Source: Candidatus Bathyarchaeota archaeon | GTDB taxonomy: Archaea; Thermoproteota; Bathyarchaeia; 40CM-2-53-6 | NCBI GenBank assembly: GCA_963733055.1 | Contig: CAVTBR010000002.1 | Span: forward strand, 448,001 to 512,000 | Direction of reading: 5' to 3' | DNA length: 64,000 bases | In this document: in pieces, positions 58,527 to 64,000 of the stretch | Position numbering within the stretch: position 1 is the stretch's first letter | Layout: every line of letters begins with the position of its first letter | Translations under genes and position numbers: made by a program | The notes under the pieces: model-generated | What the model was told of the DNA's origin: nothing | Seen by the model: only the letters and a program-made list of their open reading frames with translations | The model's database searches: none

Positions 58527-59151
58527 GGCAGCTTGAGGTTCACGTTTGATGAAACTAGGTGTGAAATTCCGGTTGATGCAAAGGCGAAGCCATGAAGTCT
58601 TATTAACTTCTGAAACTCGACCTAGCGCCGGGTTCGTTTGATGAAGCTTGGAACGGCTTGGGTAAAGTACGCCGTGCTTTTGGCAATTGTCTTAGCCTTG
58701 GCGATGCCTACGATTCCAAGCGCTAGATCACTTGGTCCGATGCAGGCTTGCCCTGCACTCTTTACATTTACGTCTTCTTCAACGACGACAGTGGCAACAT
58801 CAACTTCGAATACCCAAGTTGCTGGGTTGAGTGCCGTCTCCACACTTTCCTCTTTCCATATAACGAGTACATCAACTAGTGCAACTTGTAGTAGTATCAC
58901 GAGCCCTATCGGTCTTACTATCGAGAATGACTTTGAGTTTAACTTCGTTACAATTGTAATCGTTCTCGGAATACCTCTGGCTATTCCCGAATACCCCCTC
59001 GGCCTATTCATATTGGGAATTTTCATGCTAGCCGCATACGCCTACATTAAACGCAGGGCAACACGAAAACAAGACTAGAACTAACAGGAACCAAGGTATC
59101 ATCAATTCACTTTTCACAAGGGAATCCATCAACCGACAACTTCACCTTACC
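58527..59151. mobile_element. Second non-autonomous gene cassette: 25-bp TIRs, 8-bp TSD ATCTAGGA
   Basis: GGCAGCTTGAGGTTCACGTTTGATG (58527-58551) vs CATCAACCGACAACTTCACCTTACC (59127-59151), 17/25; ATCTAGGA at 58519-58526 and 59152-59159. Confidence 0.8.
58638..59078 (+). CDS. Short S/T-rich surface protein with IPEYP tail (cassette passenger)
   Basis: Signal peptide; AIPEYPLG + TM + KRR. Confidence 0.75.
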   Translation: MMKLGTAWVKYAVLLAIVLALAMPTIPSARSLGPMQACPALFTFTSSSTTTVATSTSNTQVAGLSAVSTLSSFHITSTSTSATCSSITSPIGLTIENDFEFNFVTIVIVLGIPLAIPEYPLGLFILGIFMLAAYAYIKRRATRKQD

Positions 59152-59228
59152 ATCTAGGACACTCCTGACCGGCAGACTTTACTTGACGCCGCAGACAGCT
59201 TCAGAAGCGAATAGTTCGGGGAGTCATT

Positions 59229-59945
59229 ATGGCGACTGCTGTGGGTCGACAATCCAAGAAATCTGAAGATCACGAGGAGGACTCATTCCGAAAGACATTG
59301 CAAATTGCAACCGTGGGTGAGGATTCGGAGGGAGTCCTTGCGGGCGTGAGAAACGCACCCGCTAACAAGCTTATTCTCTTGTGCTATGAGCGAGACAAGG
59401 AGGTGGCCCAACGCCTCGCGTCGACTATCAGTAATACGCTGAAGACGGAGGTGGAAGTGCACGATAAGATAAGGCCCGAACACTCATACAAGGATATCAT
59501 GCAGGTATTTTCGGAGATCGTCGAAAAGAACCGCGACAACTTCGAAGACTTTCTGTTAAACGTTAGCGGAGGAGACAAAATGATCTGTATCGCGGCAGCC
59601 GTCACCTCATTCATACTCGGCTTCAAGGCGTTTTTCTGTAAAGGGGATGAGTGCGTAATGCTCCCGCCAATGAAGCTGAGCTATACGGAGTTGGTGTCCG
59701 AGGTGAAGATGAGCATACTGCGGGCTTTGGACCAGGCGGGTGGCGAAGTCGACAGCCTCGACGAACTCAGCAAACTGACCAACTACGGAAAACCACTCCT
59801 AAGCTACCACATCCACGGATCTGAAGACGCCCGAGGATTAATCGACCTAGGGCTCGCGAGAGCCACGAGGCATTCGAGAGGAAAAACCAAAGTCACCCTA
59901 ACCACCCTCGGCAAGATGCTACTTGTCGAGAAAATCGAGGCGTAG
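59229..59945 (+). CDS. CARF-like Rossmann domain + wHTH regulator (Csa3/DUF6293-like)
   Basis: LQIATVG strand, LNVSGGDK motif, C-terminal HTH ending LTTLGK. Confidence 0.75.
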   Translation: MATAVGRQSKKSEDHEEDSFRKTLQIATVGEDSEGVLAGVRNAPANKLILLCYERDKEVAQRLASTISNTLKTEVEVHDKIRPEHSYKDIMQVFSEIVEKNRDNFEDFLLNVSGGDKMICIAAAVTSFILGFKAFFCKGDECVMLPPMKLSYTELVSEVKMSILRALDQAGGEVDSLDELSKLTNYGKPLLSYHIHGSEDARGLIDLGLARATRHSRGKTKVTLTTLGKMLLVEKIEA

Positions 59946-59952
59946 AAGAGCC

Positions 59953-60576
59953 ATGCTCACACTCTTCGAAGAACCATGGAGCCACTGGTGCGTCAAAGTC
60001 CGAAAGATAATGGATTACAAGAAGATCAAGTACAAACTCAACGCCGTAGGCGCCCATGATAAAAGAGAACTACTCACAGCCACCGGCCAGGACTACGTCC
60101 CAGCCCTAGTTGACGGCAAACAGATAATCACCTACGCTGAGATTCCCGATTTCTTGGAGATAATGACTCCAGAACCGACAATATATCCCAACCACACGAG
60201 AGGGGAAGCGAAGGCGATTGAAAATTGGGCTCACTACCGACTAGAAGAAATGGTTTGGCAGTACGCCGTCCCAGACTTTCCGAAGACATTCAAGGACGAC
60301 GTTGAGCGATGGGTCTTCGTCGAGCTCCAAGAAACAAAACGTGGGCCTCTGGAACGAGTCGAAGCCAGAAGACCAGAACTGAAGACCCAGATGGAAAATC
60401 ATCTTCAGATTCTTGAGGAAATGTTAGCTGAACATAGATTCCTGCTCGACGACAAGCCTAGCTTAGCGGACTTCGCCGTTCTTGGGGCCGTCAGCCCACT
60501 CAAATATTCGGGGAACAGTATTCCTGAAAGGTTCGAGAAACTGACCGCTTGGTACAGCAACGTGGACCGACTCTGA
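59953..60576 (+). CDS. Glutathione S-transferase family protein
   Basis: SHWCVKVR, GQDYVPAL, FLLDDKPSLADFAV. Confidence 0.85.
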   Translation: MLTLFEEPWSHWCVKVRKIMDYKKIKYKLNAVGAHDKRELLTATGQDYVPALVDGKQIITYAEIPDFLEIMTPEPTIYPNHTRGEAKAIENWAHYRLEEMVWQYAVPDFPKTFKDDVERWVFVELQETKRGPLERVEARRPELKTQMENHLQILEEMLAEHRFLLDDKPSLADFAVLGAVSPLKYSGNSIPERFEKLTAWYSNVDRL

Positions 60577-60603
60577 CCGTCATTTAGGGCCGCTATTTCA
60601 ATT

Positions 60604-60795
60604 GGGGAAGCGTGTAGCCGAGGAGGTTACCAATACACCGATAACGGATGCCCCCTAACTTCCACGAGGCATACGCGAGAGCTCTACAAGAATCGGTTAG
60701 GGACAAGAACGGGACACATAAGAGACATTCGGATGTTCAGCCAAGTTCGCAACAATAGGATGGACCGGATGAATGGTGAGCTGCGCGAAACTCAC
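60604..60795 (+). pseudogene. Degenerate DDE transposase fragment (IS6-like)
   Basis: Across two frameshifts reads ITD-APNFHEAY..GHIRDIRMFSQVRNNRMDRMNGELRE, resembling TD(G)A..H..NN..ER..G..R of IS6-like enzymes. Confidence 0.55.
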
Positions 60796-60924
60796 GGACG
60801 AATGAAACTCGTTCTAAGTAACGCGGATGTTTCTTAATTGAAACGTTTCTGTCCGAGGTTGCGGTTATCGACATGTATTCTTATATTGAGTGGAGTACGA
60901 GCAAGGTAACAAGAACGATTCACT

Positions 60925-61578
60925 TTGCGGATTTCAGACGTTAAACCCGTTACGTTTCTAGTTGCGACTGTTCTAATTTTGTTGGCGAGTTCTCTTCCGC
61001 AAGCCTTTGCGACGACAACGCTTGCCTATGACAATGGCACATGGAACGGTTTCGGTGGATCACCAAACACATTTGCGGCCGTAATGTTCTCACTTCCAAG
61101 TGGAGCCTCCTCAGCGAAGCTGAGGTTTATTCGATGGACTTTTGGAGAGATTGCGACTCCTTTGGAGATTCATATAACTCAAGCGGACCACATTACCGAA
61201 CTAGCTGGGTCACCCATTATGCTACCGAGTGACCCATCGGCGACAGGCTGCCCTCCAGGCTGGGGTGCTACCTGTTTTGGCTTGGATGTTACCAGCTTCA
61301 ATTTCGTGGTCACAGGCGACTTTTTTGTGATCATCCAGCAATCACCGGCTTCTGTCCTCAGCAGAGACAATGGTGCCTGTACTGGACGATCCTACGAAGG
61401 CTCCTCGCTGGCTGGACTGAGTGCCAATTCGCTCTCCGGCCACTGCAACGAGCTCCTTCGCGTGGATGTAGACCCTACCTCTACTCCTATCCCAGAATAC
61501 CCAATTGGCCTAACGATATTGGCAATATTCATGGTCATCGGCTACGGCCTAATCAAAAGAAGGACTATCACGTATTAA
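60925..61578 (+). CDS. Surface protein with IPEYP sorting tail
   Basis: Signal peptide, LAYDNG beta domain, TPIPEYPIG + TM + KRR. Confidence 0.8.
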   Translation: MRISDVKPVTFLVATVLILLASSLPQAFATTTLAYDNGTWNGFGGSPNTFAAVMFSLPSGASSAKLRFIRWTFGEIATPLEIHITQADHITELAGSPIMLPSDPSATGCPPGWGATCFGLDVTSFNFVVTGDFFVIIQQSPASVLSRDNGACTGRSYEGSSLAGLSANSLSGHCNELLRVDVDPTSTPIPEYPIGLTILAIFMVIGYGLIKRRTITY

Positions 61579-61651
61579 CGGTAAGAATCGGTGGAATCAA
61601 CCGACCTTATCCACCGTAGATATCCGTTACCTTTCGGGCCTCTCCACGTTC

Positions 61652-62575
61652 CTACTTTGGCCTGAACACGACCGATATCTCGGTTACTGGATCGATTATT
61701 GCCGCCACTACTTCCAGTATCTTGCGACGGAGTTGTTCTGTCTCCGCGATTGTTCTGTGCCCATCGACAAGCACAGAAATGATTCCGGTCAGGTAGGGAC
61801 CGGAGGGTCGCAACTTGATAGCCCTTACCTCTTCAACGCCCTCGACAGTCTTCAATGCTCCAGCTAGCACTGCGCTCATTTCTGGGCTTTCACAAGCGTC
61901 GAGCAGAATCAACGAGGATTCTCGTATTGCAACGTATGCGACTCCAAGAATGTAGATCCCGACGATCATACCACCAACAGCGTCGAGCACGTGAACCCCG
62001 AGAGAAGCACCAACAATGCTCACGAACACCACGACGGTTCCAGACGCATCCTTGATCGAATTATTTGCATTAGCCCTGAGAGAAAGAAGCCCATGCTCTT
62101 TCGCGGCCGCCCGCATTTGAAAAGCCCGATACGCGGAGATGGAACCACATATGGCTAAGGTAGCGAGGGCGAGAATTGGGTATGCGATTGTGGTCGGGTT
62201 GAGGAATGTTAGGTAGGCGGTATACATGATGTACACCGCGACTCCGACCGTCGCGAACGACACAACTAGCGCGGATAGGCTCTCTACTTTATGGTATCCG
62301 AAATGGAAACGTGCGTCGGGCCTCCGCCGGGAATAATGCAAACCAACCCACACAATTAGGGATATCACGGAGTCAGAAAGCGAGTCCACGCCATCCGCTT
62401 TCAGCCCAAGACTCCCCGTCCAAAATCCAACAATCAATTCCGCGACGCCTATTCCCAAGAGAGTTAGGACTGAGAGTTTCGCAATCTTTTCACCGATGTC
62501 GAACGCTCGCGCGGATGAGAATGTCACAAGCTGCTCTGAATATAGGTCACTTATTAAATCGAAGTGAAAGAGCAC
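61652..62575 (-). CDS. Cation diffusion facilitator family transporter; start uncertain
   Basis: ADGVDSLSD, PDARFHFGYHKVESL, ILLDA. Confidence 0.88.
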   Translation of the reverse strand: MLFHFDLISDLYSEQLVTFSSARAFDIGEKIAKLSVLTLLGIGVAELIVGFWTGSLGLKADGVDSLSDSVISLIVWVGLHYSRRRPDARFHFGYHKVESLSALVVSFATVGVAVYIMYTAYLTFLNPTTIAYPILALATLAICGSISAYRAFQMRAAAKEHGLLSLRANANNSIKDASGTVVVFVSIVGASLGVHVLDAVGGMIVGIYILGVAYVAIRESSLILLDACESPEMSAVLAGALKTVEGVEEVRAIKLRPSGPYLTGIISVLVDGHRTIAETEQLRRKILEVVAAIIDPVTEISVVFRPK

Positions 62576-62603
62576 CCGACTTCAGCAAAGAGAGCGCTAG
62601 GGT

Positions 62604-63146
62604 ATGGCGGAGAAACGAAGTTCAAGAATCAGGGACTCGCCGTCAGTGCTGATGTCATGCGTGCTGATTATTGTTTATTTGATTACGGGGATCGTAGGCG
62701 GCAACCTGCTCTCCCTCAACCTCGACGTGTTCTACCCGTTTGCTCAAGTAAATTCAGCCGTCTGGCACGGTGCGGTATGGATGCTGTTCACTTCGTTGTT
62801 CCTTCACGCGAACCCGTCACACCTTGGCGGAAACGTACTCTTTCTCTTGATCTTCGGAACATCCCTCGAAGAACAAGTCTCAACGAAGAAATGGTTGGTT
62901 ACTTACTTCGTGAGTGGACTGGCGGGAAATATTGCGTTCCTCTTCCTCGGAGGAGACGCTGTAGGCGTTGGTGCATCGGGGGCAATATTCGGATTGCTAG
63001 CTGCGGCGGGAGGCTGGAAGGGGCTCGTTGGGATGGTCCTATTCATAGGATTGAACCTCTTCGGTGGCGGCGGTTTTCTTGCCCACGCAGGCGGAATCGT
63101 CGCGGGCTTAGTAATACGCCGCTATTGGCTTAGAAGGGGCATGTAG
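62604..63146 (+). CDS. Rhomboid intramembrane serine protease
   Basis: FLHANPSHLGGN, VGASGAIFG, AHAGG. Confidence 0.9.
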   Translation: MAEKRSSRIRDSPSVLMSCVLIIVYLITGIVGGNLLSLNLDVFYPFAQVNSAVWHGAVWMLFTSLFLHANPSHLGGNVLFLLIFGTSLEEQVSTKKWLVTYFVSGLAGNIAFLFLGGDAVGVGASGAIFGLLAAAGGWKGLVGMVLFIGLNLFGGGGFLAHAGGIVAGLVIRRYWLRRGM

Positions 63147-63183
63147 CTTTGATTATATACAGAGAAAATCGAACGGACCAGCC

Positions 63184-64000
63184 ATGAGCTACGAACCCCG
63201 CACCCGTGGAATGCGCTCCCGTAGGGCATCCCCGAAGAAAGCTGCCCAAGAAAGAAGACCCAGCCAAGAAGACGCATTCGCATACCGAGAGGTCATTCCG
63301 GTAAACCCACAAGAGATCTTATCAAGAGTAAAGAACGAGCTCGAACACTTGGGATCCCAGCGCTTCGCGCTGCCACCATTCTACGAACATTTCCAGCGGT
63401 GGATGAGTGATGTGGAATCTGTCTTAGCCGACTTCAAGAACTCTGTGCCTGATGCCGCTGACAAAGAATACGAGGACACCGTTGGGACGCTAGTGGGTGA
63501 TATTCGAAGCGAACTCACGAAGAGAATTGACGCCGAAAAAACCCTCTCCAATCAAATTGCTGAATTACAAATGCAGCTGTCGAAGTATGAAGTTGAGGTT
63601 TCCGATTTAGAGAAGGAGCAAAGAAACCGAACGCATGAAGCGAAGAGGGGCTATGAGAGATCCGTTGGCAAGATTCGCGGCGAAATCGATGCGCTCGACG
63701 CGCAGCGATTGAAACTGCTCGGTGAGAAGCCAACGCTGCTGGACAGGATTCTCGGACGATCTAGAGTCAAAATTGACGGCAGCTCACATACGCTTCAGAA
63801 GAAAAAGCATGACCTGCATGGGAAAGAAGAGAAGCTTAGGCAGCAGCTTGACGGACTGAGGTCCGACTATCAGGGAAAGAGAAAGGAGGTCAGCGTCCGC
63901 GAGGAGGAGTTGAGGCAGCAGTTGGTTGAACTGAAGAAGAGTACATTGGACGATGGGTTGGAGATTAGAAGAAATGCCTGTGAACAGATTCGCACAACAG
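63184..64000 (+). CDS. Coiled-coil hypothetical protein, 3'-truncated, probable frameshift between ~63225 and 63300
   Basis: ATG frame stops at ~63303; the -1 frame (LGSQRFALPPFYEHFQRW...) is open to the window end. Confidence 0.6.
   Translation, partial: MSYEPRTRGMRSRRASPKKAAQERRPSQEDAFAYREVIPVNPQEILSRVKNELEHLGSQRFALPPFYEHFQRWMSDVESVLADFKNSVPDAADKEYEDTVGTLVGDIRSELTKRIDAEKTLSNQIAELQMQLSKYEVEVSDLEKEQRNRTHEAKRGYERSVGKIRGEIDALDAQRLKLLGEKPTLLDRILGRSRVKIDGSSHTLQKKKHDLHGKEEKLRQQLDGLRSDYQGKRKEVSVREEELRQQLVELKKSTLDDGLEIRRNACEQIRTT

Noticed and set aside
59229-59945. CARF-like gene as evidence of a CRISPR-Cas locus
   Set aside because: No array or cas genes seen anywhere in the window

Overview
Archaeal chromosome segment. 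Multi-intron tRNAs, a LysW cluster, Hjc, PEF-CTERM-like tails and frequent TTG/GTG starts suggest the TACK group, possibly Bathyarchaeia (inference). Housekeeping content: heme-copper oxidase genes, CoA-transferase/acyl-CoA dehydrogenases, ino1, an ABC exporter, an argG-lysWXYZJK-argH operon, pgk, rpiA, dinB and four tRNAs, three of which carry two introns each. Main hit: a eukaryote-like ubiquitin operon at 44957-48644 (JAMM deubiquitinase fused to a TM helix and an extracellular beta-rich region, Ubl ending in GG, E2, and E1 with an extra N-terminal Ubl-like domain). It is bracketed by two paralogous zinc-ribbon/B-box-like proteins, and a CBS protein with a C4HC3 RING-like finger lies about 4.5 kb upstream. 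Other hits: (i) transposase-less single-gene cassettes with 25-bp terminal inverted repeats and 8-bp target duplications (57890-58474, 58527-59151, decayed 34097-35294), two of which carry IPEYP-tailed surface-protein genes sharing an upstream motif; (ii) a 1-kb integrase-less LAGLIDADG element between tRNA-Pro and a duplicated tRNA 3' end; (iii) unannotated microproteins. Several single-base frameshifts may be assembly errors. All calls come from motif reading; no searches were run.
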